This document shows, one piece after another, positions 1 through 13,130 of a stretch of 64,000 bases of DNA. The stretch covers positions 5,392,849 to 5,456,848 of the forward strand of contig CM082583.2 of assembly GCA_040954595.2 (NCBI GenBank), given 5' to 3'. Both the position numbers and the translations under genes were made by a program. This DNA comes from Balanoglossus misakiensis. Taxonomy: Eukaryota; Animalia; Hemichordata. Under the pieces are notes generated by a model, which saw only the letters and a program-made list of their open reading frames with translations, did not search any database and had not been told where the DNA came from. The first letter of the stretch is position 1. Each line of letters begins with the position of its first letter.

Positions 1-3000
1 TGATTAGCATAAACCCAATCCTACACTTTTCAGATGGAAGACTTTTTGGGAAAGCAGTGATTATAGTTTGAAAAAGTCTTCAAGCCCTAAATTCATGATT
101 ATATATCTATAAAATTCTGTCAAGGTTTTCATGCAGGGCGATCATTTTTATATCTAAGAGAGGGACAGACAACCAAATTCATTGTATACATTCACATTGT
201 GAAATATCAACTTGAATTAATTTATTTGTTCTTTTGTGTTTTGTGTTGTATTGTTTTGAATAATCTTAAAACTTCCTTTCAAACCACATTCAGCATAAAG
301 AGAGCTTGTCAGCCTACACCAAACACAGTGTAGGGGAAAAGAAAAGTTGTCAATAAACTACCATAAGCAGTACCGTTGGTTTTATAATGAGCATCAGGTT
401 ATACACGTCAAAATTGGAGATTTGGTGATTTCATCTTTGTTCGGCTCTGAGTGTTCTTTGTCTGGGCTGAGCAACTTGAATAAAAAAAGAAGGCTAAAAA
501 TTGGCTCTACAGTCGTTAAGTGTTCACAGTGGCTGTGTGTGAACACTGGCAGATGTACACTTCAACACACAGCTCCATCTGAGAAACAAAGTCTGCCAAT
601 AAAGCTTTAAATTTCCGATGTACACATGAATGAAAATCTAGCAATATTTAACACTAAAAAATGTACATGAGGACACTGAGTCTCCATTTTCATGCTCACA
701 GAATTTGAGTGTGTGGTGTATAAGGCAGAATTTTCACAGCAGCTTAGAAGTCAGTGATCTAAGAGCAGCAGCTACAGTAATAGCTTCCACCATGATTTGA
801 GGGGAACAAAATGCAAAGGGGTCTCCAGAGGCCGGGTAATCAAATTAACAATTAATGAGAGACCCGGTCTCAATATCTCAAAGGCCGCTGTTATTCCCTT
901 TTCCATGAAAGCTTTTTTTTTGTTCCTCAATATCATAATGGTACTCATCCCCAGGAGGTCAGACTGGAAATTTTGTGGGCTGCGCAGAGAGGAGAGATAT
1001 AGACTTATGAATTCTCTGTACTATCACATACTTACTAATAATACCACAAGCCACAGCTCAGAAAAAAAATCAGCCAGAATTTTAATCTGACTTTAGCCTT
1101 TCTTCCATTGTATACTAGACACTCGTATCTGCATTTTCATCCTTGCAAAAGAAATTACAGACATGCAGAACGTGCCTGAATGCTGTGCACACTTGTGATT
1201 TTACATTTTACAACAAAGAAATTCTGGCCATCTGTAATTTTTTGCCCTCCGCAATTTTAAAGCTTTATCAGGTAAACAGCAAGGATATCGTCTGCCACTT
1301 TATTTCCGCAGATATTTCACTGCATGATTTGTTCAAATTCTGTCGACGAGATTTAGCTCAAAAAGTAAAGTCAAAAGAAATGTTAAATTGTGTTTAAAAT
1401 GTAGACTTCATTTTATTGTCAATATTAGTGGCATACAAATCAATTTCCAAGAGCTAAATTTGACACAGATGAGAAATGGCTGACATTTTTTTTAAAACAC
1501 TGACGTTCACTTCTCTTTAAATCTGTTAGACTATGACTCAAGATGATGTCATTTTGGAATGGATGTGACAATAAAATTTCTCTTTCGAGGGTGTGATCCC
1601 AATTTTCATTTATGACCATACGGAGTCTGCAGTCATTTATTTAATCTCCAAACAAAGACCATTTTTCATTTCCTTTTTTGGAGAGAGGGTGGGGGGGGGG
1701 GGGCATCAGTGACAAACTTAGATTTGTCGATTCTGTGTCACATTTGGCTAATAGGACAGATATCACGGGCAGATTTATGAGTTAAGAGTTATTTTATTGT
1801 TAGCAATTGGGAAAGCAAATTTCATTTAATGTGTATATCTTTGACCAATTTTAGACTGAATGGCTGCCAGTAATTGAGAAAACTGAATGTATAAATGTGT
1901 AAGAAAGCTGTTTGTATTCTCGGAAGGGTAGAATAGCTCACTCTTATTTAAACAAAATGTATTGATCTTTTAAATTTAAATTGAATCCTGTACACTTGAT
2001 TTATTATCCTCATACAATGTTTTTTATGATTTAGTAATATTTATCCTTGCATGCCTGACAATGCAAGTAAACAAGGTTCTTTAATAATTTTTCCCTGATT
2101 TTTCATAGTTCATGTAATCGCACAGGGCTGTTTATTCATGAGATTACTGATAAAAATAGGCACAAGCCATTGCAGAAAATTGCAGTCTGCATTTGCGAAA
2201 GCCAGTCCCGGACATAAGGAGAAACTCTAACGAGAACATTTGCTGGAGTGTCAAACATAATACTTAGTGCTTACAACTGCCACTGAAGATTATTAAGCGG
2301 AGACCTCTGCATGACTCAGTTTCCATTTGAAATGATGGAAGTGGTAAAATTGAGATTTCACTGTCGTTATTGGTTAGCTTGCAAATCAAGTCAAGTGATC
2401 TAGCTCTGTCTCTTAAAAGGGTTTCCTTTTTTTATCCGGTCCCGCCAGACCAGAGTCTGAAATTGTACCTGGCACGTTGATTCTGTACGTTCAGATATTG
2501 ATTGTGTTTTTCAGACATTTAACTGTCTTTTTTATAGCGCAACAGTTCCGTATGGCAAACTAGTGGACGTTTAATTTCCACTCTGTTTTTTATTCCCAAT
2601 GACAATTACTTATTTATATCATAGTTGGCATATGGATCTCTTTGATACTGTTACATATTATGCAAATCAAATTGCTCTTTAATGGCTGCTACGTTGGCCA
2701 TTTTGTTTGTATTGTTCACTCTAAAACCTATCCTTAAATTGTTTGGAGACAATTAATGTTTAATATATGGGGATAGATGATATCCACTGAGTATAATGCC
2801 TTTGGTCTGCAATATGCACATTTTGTCTCATTTCTCATAATGCAGGGGCTGTGTCATTCACAATGACTTTGGAGAGGGGGGGGGGGTTAGATCGTGTGTG
2901 CATATAATTTGACTACTGCAAATGCACATTAGCCATTTAAGGTCAGTGCAGCAGCTCCCATTTTTTTAAAGACCGATAGCTATGATTGAAACAACTGCGC

Positions 3001-6000
3001 TGAATGTTAAATGGAGGTGGAATGGAGCATGGGTCTGGCGCTGTGATCATGATTGCTAGTCAAATCGGAATGATCAAATTATTCACCGGTGCATTCATAG
3101 TGATCTGTAACTGCCCAGTCAGGTGCTAGCAGTCACTGGGTTCTCTAAGTCCTCTGAGCTTATGTCATTTACGCTGACTGTTCCAGTCAAACAGTAAAGT
3201 GTTACATAGTACATATGATATAATCATTTATATTTCAAAAACAGAGCTTTCACATTCATTAATTCTATAAATATATCTGTCTTTTCCAAATCTGAACAGC
3301 AAATTGATGAGGAGACAGAACATTTTTGGAATCTTTAATCCTCATTTTTTTGGAAAAGGACACTTCAGCAGATATGTGATCATTGCAATATTGGAAATTG
3401 CAAAACTGTACATAATTAATCCTGAGACCCATACCAGTCTATTTACCTTAGAAATTTTAAGTCTATACCTGAAATTGACTCAACTTAATTTTCACATTAT
3501 AATATTAAGAAAGCGTTAATCTGTGAAATTGTACGTTAAGTAAGTGTGGTAAATAGAATTGCACAAGGTGTATTGATGTTGGCACACAAAGAAATATGTA
3601 ATTTCCACCACCATGCACGGTATTCAGGGCCTGATTCACAACTAAATTGAGATTGCCAATAAGTGTGTGATAAATTGCGTGTGAAATGATGGCTGACTAT
3701 ATGGTTCACAGGGAAAGTAATTACAGTTTTATTGACATGCACAAATGTGAAATGTGAGGCTTGAGCTGCAAGTGTCACTGCGATCAGTGGTTGATGGAAA
3801 TTGTGATCCTGCACGTTCGCGGCAAACATGAAATATATGGTGGACATATGTGTGAGATATTTATACAAAGCGTGATGAAATTAATTTGAATCCTACAGTT
3901 ACTTGAAATAAAACGAGTGATATCGTCTGAATTGTGCATCTGATTTGATTGGTGTGTAAGGTTCCTGCCTTCGAGTGTCGATATAAAATAGGTTATGGTT
4001 GCCTAGCAACATACAATAATTGATGTCAAATTTAGTAGTTACGTCAAGACTTGACTCTTGGTGACTAAATTTATCCCTTTTTATCGCTGTGAAATAGCTG
4101 CTCATTAACCTTTAAAGGTTTACATATGCCAGGGAAATTTTCCAGACAAAACGATTTAAAAGTCAGGGTGATTTTCGAGTTGCAATTTTCAATTGCATTT
4201 TCGAGGGCTTGTATATGTTCAGAGCAGTGCAATCATCGGGGAAGAAATGTCAATTGCATTTAGGGGAATATTCCCGGGTTGATATCCCTTCTTTGTACCG
4301 ACAATTCCTCAAATCCGTCAGCGCGTTTGAATTCCATATACCGTAATAACCTGATGGCTCCTGATCAATTCCCGACATCAAACCGCTATACCCCGAGCAG
4401 ATCAGCATTCAGAGGCTCGATCGCCGAGGTCTTCATCATTAATAATGGACTTTGCCATTTCACTGCACGGCGCCGAGTCGAGGCAGATTTTCTCTCACTC
4501 ACAGATGCATGAATAAATCTGGATCTCTAGGGCATGGAGCGTAGCTCTTTAGTCATTGTGCATAGCCGGCATCTGTTTGCTGTAAAATCTGGAAGTTGTG
4601 TTCAGGTCAGAGAATATACCAGATATGCACTTGCTTATAAATACTGGGGGGGGGGGGGGACAGATAAAGGATAAGAATTCAGATTTTTCATTTATCACAA
4701 ATTCATCATTCTTATGACCTATAATCATCTGAAAACTAACAGATATTTTTTTTACTGTTATCACAAAACTATTAAAAATAATATATTGATGATTTTAGAT
4801 TTTGCTATAATAGTTCATCAGGCTGGACATATCACTAAGATTATTCTATATTCTGTAAAACACAGACATTTTATAATGTACTCAATTATGGAAACAATAT
4901 CAATAAGATATGAAAGAGTTTGTCATACATGATTAATGAGTCACTTTTGAAGTAGAACGAAAATATGAACATTTGCTTTGCTGACCATTTTAACAGAAGA
5001 CAAATTAAAAAGCAGTACTCCCCCCCCCCTAAAACAATTAAATGTTTAATATTATTAAGATTTATTATATTGGTCAAACAGGACTTTATCAGATAATTAC
5101 ATACAATTTGCTGTCTGTAGTGAATAATAGGAACTGTAATGGCGACTGCTGTTATATATTAGATGATAAAATTGAAATAAAAAAGCCTTAAAATGCAACA
5201 CGGCAGTGAAAATAAGACTCTCTTATATTCTATGACTGTACAAGGTGTTACAGTCGTAAATGAAACACACACAAGGTGATAAACTCAAGTCTTGTCATTT
5301 GAGAATAAATTTTGGTCAGTGTGTGTTGTCATTGACGAGAACACTGCGATTAAAAATACTTCTGAACAAAAATCCATGTAATTTAAACTGACAAGCACGT
5401 TGAATTATTTTTGCCGTTTGAAATGGTCAAATTACTATATGACACATTTGCTTGAACAGGGAACGATGTCTAGTCAAGTGGGTGGAACTTTTTCATAAAT
5501 GTGGCTGATTAATACAGTTTATAGCTGTGGGCATGTCTGCATGAAGACTCATATTACAGGGTTCAACAAACAGGACGGATTTCACTTTTTTTGTGAACCC
5601 AGCATATTGTCAGGTCAACTCGTATTTGGTCGCTGGATGCATATTTCATCCGTCTGTGCTCAACTCAGGATAATATAAGTCACGATACTTGTAGCCCTGT
5701 GCAAATTTTATCACGACTGCTTGTGCGCGCGGATTGCATTCATAATGTCAGTGAGCGGTATTACATTTTGATAGATTAGGATTTTGGCAAAGCCAATCTC
5801 ATCTGGCAGGTATCACATTTTGTAAAGCCATAGGTCGACCAATCAGCCCTTCTGTTTAATATCAGATTACCCATTCTGTCGGGTAGTTATAGTTTTGCTA
5901 TAATAGTGTTCCATAGACAGTGAAATATGAAGTCAGATACTTTGTATTCTCGCCACGTGATTTCTGATCATCAGTGTATCAGCGCAGAGAGACATGCAGT

Positions 6001-9000
6001 TCATAGGGGTGATATCTTTTTACCTGTTAGAATTACCGCTGTCTGTCAATTGCCTTCCTTATGCCATTCTATCAAACCGAAAGCCTTAAATGTTTAAAAG
6101 TGAACGTTTATTTTTTAGCCTGAACAGAAAAATTTGCTGCGAGCTATTTAAATTTTTCATGGTAAGTTTGAACACTGGAACGCATACAAACTTTTTACAC
6201 ATTTACCTGAAGATTTACTGATGTGTAGGAGACAGGGGAAATTTTACACCGATGTTATAAATACAGTGAAGGATCTGCCGACACAGCAATGGTTTTTGAG
6301 ACTTAGCATGGTGTCCCCCGCACAGTCTAGCCATTCCAAATAACATTTGTGGTTTCCATCAGAGCCAGAATGGCCGAGGTCAGTGACTTTAACTTCCTCG
6401 AGTACCGCACTCACACACAGGTCAGCCAAGTATCAGCAGGGGCGCTCCGGAATAGTTATTCAGGTTTTATGGATGCTGGCGGTTTTGTGGTTTCTTTATT
6501 CCCAGAGTATAAACCAGCACACCACTAAGACTCAAACAGTTTATTACATCCTCAGCAAGTAAGGCCAGGCCACAATAAACTGTGTTAACTAACAGGGCAG
6601 AAAATGTAGTCTGTGTGCTAATACAGTGTTCTACCGGTAAATAAGGAAAATTCATGCCTCTAGTAATATTTTTATTGTGCCATGTATGACAAAAATGGAC
6701 ACATGTACTACGAACTTTCAATCGTCAAGGAAAAACTGACAGTAATAATAAGATAGGGAGAAATATTTCAATAAGTCAATACTGTAAAAAAAATTAACAA
6801 AGACACAGCCCAGGAGGAAAACATAATAATTGACCCCTTAAATGATATTACTTCTAGTCTACACATAATTTACTCACATTGCATAGTTCTTCTCAATTTT
6901 ATTAACCATATCACTTAATAATTGTTTTCATTTTACTGCTCCAATACTCTGTTGTCACCATTTTAAGTTGTTGGTTTAGAAATGCCCAGACTTTCACCGA
7001 AAGTGTTTGTAATGAACTATATGCGGAAAAGCTGATCATAAAACCATGGTATTGATCATCGGAGGGGGTTGAGAAAAAGCAAGAGAGAAAATGACAACAG
7101 CTGCTGGACCCTGCAGGGATTTGACATGACAAATGTTACCATGACAACAAGTCAGAAAACACCCTGGAATTTCTTACAGCTGATGTTCTGAGTTGATCTG
7201 CTGATTTTAGTTTCGCATTAAAATTTGTGACAGAAACGGTATATACACACAGATTTTTCGGGGGGGGGGGGTCGCGCCCTCAGGACTAGGAGCTAACAAT
7301 CCACTTGTTACCTCCGTGGTCAGAACAGAGTCTGACAATAGTTTTGTAACACTGGGTAGGGAGGGGTATGTGGTATAGCTGGCTTAAAATATGAGCCAAT
7401 GACGTCACTTAGTGTTGTCACGACCCGAACAACCTTCCAAAAGTCGTGTTTTTAATTCTCTCCTCTACCGCCGATACTTGCAATCGTATAATACTTTTTT
7501 TTCCCAAGACTTCCAATTAAAGCTGTCGCTTTGATTTAATAGGGTCAGACATTGAGGTTACGGTGACACTCCCACACACAAATGATATGTAAATCCCATG
7601 GGCACGTTAACACCCAATGTGACAATTTAATTGAGCTTGTAAATGAACTCTCGCTTTTTTTTCTTTTTTTCTTTTTTTTCTCCGGTGTTGAATGAAGCAG
7701 AGAAATCTGTGCGAAACAATTAATGAAAAGAATTAATTGTCATGGACTAGCTGTGTACCGATTTTCTCGGACACAAGAAGACAGTTTTGATAAAAATAAC
7801 ACTTGACGCTCATTATGCGCTGCTGTAAAAAAATTCCCCCAATTTGTTATCCAAAAATATTTGTTAAGACTGAATCAGCTTTTTTGTAGTTTTTAGTACA
7901 CAAAAAATCACATTCTACGGTGGACAATAAAAAAATTATAAAACACACGTTGACAGGGACTGTGCTGTGAAAACTGTGTGGGCTAGACTCGTACTACGTC
8001 ACTAAGGTTCGTGGTGTGTGGCTTCAAATGTTGGTTGAACAAATAACTCTCCCTCAATATTGGATGTAGCTAAACTTGGCACTTCAGAGCAAACCAAATA
8101 ACATGTTTTGTTTCAGAGTGCTCCTAACCCGATGAAACAACATTTTCCAAGCAAATACCGGGGATGTTGAGTCAGAGACCAAGTCAAGTGGGCATAGATT
8201 GCTTGTCTTAGCCATCAACTAACTGCCTTTTCCCCCTTTGTCTTTTCTGGGTGTGTTAGTTTTGCCACAGCTTGTGGGCCTATTCAACTCCACAAACAAT
8301 GGATCAATTCTGTTTTCTCAGAGGTGGAAATTCTGGTAAACCCATTTGCACATTCAAATGAAAGCCTTCAGTGCGTTTGCTCAGTACATGTAGATGTACC
8401 AGTAACGCAAAATACATTTGCATACTTGATTTGGACTTCGGTTTCATAACCCCCAACCAGAACCTTGGTAAAGGAAGTCCTACAATGTATCCACACCGAC
8501 CCCATTCAGCAATCTCCCCTCTCTCAAATCATATTTTATTTTGTGGAAATGGCGTTTTTCATGTTATCTAACCCTAAACACAACCCTAATCGTAACCATC
8601 CATGTGTTTCCAAAAGTAAGGAATACCACTCCATAAAGTGGATCGGTGGCCTTTAAATTGCTGTTGAGATTTTTATTAAAAAAACTTCGACAGATACTGC
8701 AAATCCGACCAATATAAACACATCCAAAAGATTTAAAACAGTTTAATGACACATATTCTCACTTTTTCCCGTCTTGTTGTCATTATTAAACTGGCGCGAC
8801 TGCAGTATACATGGATATTTCATTGATGACTGTCCTGTGTTAATGAATTTCAGACCTGCCATTGGTCACGATTTATTCAAGTGATCGGCTCTAAAAAGGG
8901 AACATGTTGTTGAAAACAATAGCATTCCCATGACTGCTAGGAATGCAACCAAGCATGCCCTATTCCCTCAAAGTGCTTTGTTTTTCTTAATTCCTTCTGA

Positions 9001-10777
9001 TATAATGAATGATCCATGGCCAATTTTTGTGGGGGCATTATTCGAGTGGTCATGCCCGAACAAAAAACACGCATTAAAGTACTACAGGATTTTATTCAAC
9101 ACAATGTGGTGTAAATATGCAGCTTGTTGGTCAACCTTATTTTTTTTCTTGGACTAACGTTTTGACGTCAACTCAGATGGTGCAATTGTTTGCTGGTCAT
9201 TGACTTCGGCCAAAATGGTAAAATGACTTCAAAATGACGTAATAACAGTACATCGAATTCTGAGAACTTCATGTGCTGAAATACTATCTCCCACTGATTT
9301 GAATTTTTCCGGGAAATTTCTGTCCACATTCTATGAAATGGTTATCATTATAATTGGGAAACGTGCCTCTGTAGTGTTTAGTTATCGCACAGTCCCTCTT
9401 CTCTGCTGGGATGTTTTATGTTTGTTACGCAAATGTGACATTTTGACCCGTGGTTATATGAAATATGGATGGCTTTATGACAGTTATTCTACTGTTCAGA
9501 TTTGCGCACTGTGTCTTTGGTCTTATTTGATCAAACATGATGGGCCCACCCCCAAATCGATATTTTTCTTTACTCCGGAATGGAAGAGTCCGTGAGGTAG
9601 CGCAATTTCAATGCTGCCTAGGGAGTCCCCCCCCCCCCGATTTCCAGTGAATTCCAACCTGTATTCTGTTCTCTTATTTACATAAAAATTCCATCTTTTT
9701 GAGGGATTTTGGTCGTATTATGTGATTCCTGCTAAGCCGTTGATTGGGTAACCAAAAGTACTTGCCAGGCTATGTTGTGTCTAAGCGATAATCTGATAAT
9801 GACTGATGACTTTAATATCGCCCAACTCAGTTGCTATTGTGTCAGGGAAAGGAGAGTAATAGACAATGAACCGTGATTCTCCTGTAGACCCCCTCAGAAT
9901 GTATGTGACTGAGCCGATCTCGGGAGATTTGTCTCATTTTATTCCCCAAACGGTTTCAGAAGGATGAGTGTGAAGATTCAAACACGTTATCAGAATTTGA
10001 CGTCACCACGCCTTTCTAATATGAAGTTCAGACTGAAATAAATTGTTCTTTACTTTGATTGTAAAGTCGTTGCATAGAACTCTCGAATTGACAATCTTAT
10101 ACGCTGATAATTGGGCAGAACTCCCAATTGAAATGGCTCATTCTATTTGCCAGGAAAACTCGTGTTTTAATTTTAAGATGTTTGTGAACGGTCTTCATCT
10201 TTTTCCTGGCGATTTTTTGACACACTGAAACAGAAACACACAGGGAAATTCCAGATCGTTTAGTTGCATCGTTACAAATATTTATTTTAATCAAACCTGT
10301 GCAAGATGAAACAGAAAATGGTTTGAAAATGTCGGGTGGGGGTAGGTACGCCTTAACATACAAATACGGTCTATTTTGTGAATGGAGTGTGAAAAAATAG
10401 CGTAGAATGCAACCCTCATTCGCACCTTAATCCAGTGAGGTAACAGGGAAAGATTATTCCAGCATTGTGATTGGATAATTCTTTTGTATCGAGATGACGT
10501 CTGTATTCTCGCAAAGCTGCGATGAGGGTGTCAAGCTCCCCCATTCAAACGATGCGTCTGCCATTATTAAGAAACATTTGTTTACATTGTTAACATTCTC
10601 AAATGCGGCAAAATAGGCTCTATCACCCATGAAATCCCCCTCCAATCCCTTACCCCCTTTCTCACCTCTGCCCATGCCGGCCATCTGCTCACTTGACAAT
10701 AACACACCGTATCAAATTCACAATGCCGATTGTCTGACTTTGTTTTGGGACCAGCACGAAGTTTCCCTTCCAGTTTA

Positions 10778-10933
10778 GGGACTGGTCAGTTTCTTTAGCC
10801 AGGTGGGGGCGGTGGATTCTATTTTGTGGATATCAAAAAGTGACTGACCCCTCATTGAAAATTGAAAAGTGGGTGACCCCCCCCCCCCCCCATTAATCCA
10901 CCCACCCCCAGGCTGACGAAACTGACCAGTCCC
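10778..10933. mobile_element. 156-bp PIF/Harbinger-type (Tourist-like) MITE
   Basis: Seen: TIR GGGACTGGTCAGTTTC is perfect for 16 bp and imperfect to ~40 bp. TTA flanks both ends (10775-10777, 10934-10936). No ORF. Knowledge: a 3-bp TWA TSD with GGG/GGC termini is typical of PIF/Harbinger. Confidence 0.88.
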
Positions 10934-11076
10934 TTATCTTGGGATTTGAAAGACCGAATGCTGAGATACAGTGTGTGAACCATTCAAAAACATCATAATG
11001 AAAGACCCGTTGCAGCGACGCCTTTAAATGTAATAAGGGCATGAAGAGAGACTATCCCCCCTAAAGACAGGCTTAC

Positions 11077-11422
11077 TCTGTCCTTTTGAAACGGAATTCT
11101 TCTGATTTGAGTTTATGTGTTTTCACTCAAACTGCATACGTGACCAGTAAAGGAGAAGTCAAAATATAGATTGTCCAAATTTCAATTTTTTTAAACACAT
11201 TCATGTTTCTCGGGATCAACGTCTAAGATTAGTGTCTTGTTCTCTTCCAGACTATAGCACGTTAAAACACCCTTGCATGTGATGTGTGATAGCCTGAGGT
11301 GTAATCACCATTGCTGTGGTTGACAAACAAATTGAAATCGGGACTTGAATTCAGTTATCAGTCGACTCGACTTGACTCGATTGTAACGTGGGCTGCTTTT
11401 GATAATCGTAACTGAAAAGCAG
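11077..11422 (-). other. Putative second exon of the minus-strand gene
   Basis: Seen (minus strand): strong acceptor TTTTTTCTTCTACGTTTCTCTTTGTCTGTGGTTTCAG| at 11423/11422 and candidate donor AGA|GTAAGC at 11077/11076. No long ORF. Confidence 0.33.
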
Positions 11423-12589
11423 CTGAAACCACAGACAAAGAGAAACGTAGAAGAAAAAATATACGTAGTGATTTTTAACATGATCCATCCCCGTTGGAGT
11501 GCAAGAGAGAGAGAGAGATGTAGGCCTACACTCTTGCGCGCAGAGTTCGTTTTGGTAATGTTTTAATGGGGATATATATCAACCCGTGATAAAGCGTGTA
11601 AATTGTAGTCTGGTGTCACTTCTGTAGCACCGAAAGGTTAATCGCGACTTGATGGACTGTCACTCTAAACCCCCGGATGGTAATAGGCTGTTGAATTCCG
11701 CTCCACGTTTCTCCGGCGAAAACAAAGAACGCCAAACTAATTGTCCACGTAGAAAAAAAGCCTGCGTGCACACATGCGATGGGGAAATAGATCACCGGCA
11801 TCGCTCGAATCATTTGCATCTAGACTACAGCGAAATGGACATTTTATTCGGTGTAACTGTCGCCGCAGACATTTCTTTCGTTATAGGTTTCATTTCGGAG
11901 ATCTCTTTGTTCGGTTCTGTCGAATGGGGCTCTCGTTGCCATGGAAACCACACTTTCTGGCTGTAAATTTTCCATCACCACGCATGTTTAAATCACCGAC
12001 TCCCATTTTCATCTCCTCGGAGCTGGCCCGCAGGTTTTCTCTATAACAAACCTAATCGAGAGTTGTTGCCATTAAAGTACGAAATGTAGTATATTCCCGT
12101 TAGAAAACCCGCGAACTCAATGCGTCAGATCCGATCTGTGTGCATATACATGTACTAATAACTGAAATGATTCTCCACTGTCTGTGCGGCCACGCGGAAA
12201 GCAGTTTTTGTTTTGCAAACAACGGGATAGCAAGTCCCCCGGTGTGCCCGTCGCTTTCACCCGTGGAAATATCGGAATCAACACTATCCATCATTTCTGA
12301 CACCCGTACAAATAATAATAAAAGATATGCTGCACGCTGTGTCGTGTAAAAATGCTAATATTGGCGGCGATTGGGAACACTTTTCATTATCAAAAATTGT
12401 AATTGTGTATTTCGCTAGGGAATTTGCAGGCGTATACGTAAATGGAAAAAAAATGAAAATGGAAAGAGGGATCGTTGAAACAGTTACATTTGGTTATCAT
12501 AATCAGTGTTATATGTAGCCGTGGTAAATAATTATTCGATGGTTAGACGATCTTGCTACCAGGGGCATATTTGTCGTTAAAAATGCTAC

Positions 12590-13130
12590 CTTGTCAGAGG
12601 CAAAGTCAAGTCGGACTACGACAAAGAACACCCCTGTTCTCAGTAGCAGATACAGCACCAGACGGTCGATATCATCGTGATGTCCAAATGTGAGACAAGA
12701 AAGCGCGAATGCGTCGAGAATAATGCGCCATTGCATTTTATAAGCCAGCGCGGATGATAAATAACACGCGAACGCAATCGTCTCGAGATGAAAGCACGAT
12801 TCGGGAGGTGTGGGATGAATGGCTTGTAGCAAAAGGAACTCCAAGTAAAGAGAAAAAGAGCTGATATATGACTCATAAACGTGATAAAGCAGCATATTGA
12901 GAGCGATTTGGATTGTAAAAGAATATATCAGGTCAGATTTTTTGCAGGTTTAAAGTCCCATGAAAGTGGTGAACAGACGTGGGTTTTAAAAGATTATGAA
13001 TGTCTGAATAGACGTTTGAAATCGTCCCTGATTAACTGGAAATCGGCAGTGCCGAGTAACAAGATAGTGTCTTCTGCCGGCCTCTTCGGAGTCCGATTAG
13101 TGTTGTTATTCATGCGGCGCATTGTTGTCT
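12590..13130 (-). other. Putative non-coding first exon of a minus-strand gene
   Basis: Seen: CpG-dense promoter-like block at 13140-13320 with CCAAT (13209-13213), Inr-like TCAGAC (13127-13132, minus strand) and a weak donor AAG|GTAGCA at 12590/12589. Inference. Confidence 0.28.

Noticed and set aside
6119-6161. Plus-strand mini-exon with ATG|GTAAGT donor
   Set aside because: Isolated, opposite to the inferred gene orientation in this arm, and no meaningful peptide.
8568-8600. AACCCTAA telomere-like or Helentron-like motifs
   Set aside because: Only two or three degenerate units, with no subterminal inverted repeat or hairpin identified.
12950-12963. TTAAAGTCCCATGA matching the Kolobok-like TIR start (similar TTAAAGCCCCA at ~25092)
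   Set aside because: No partner TIR found; it may be chance or an unrecognisable remnant.
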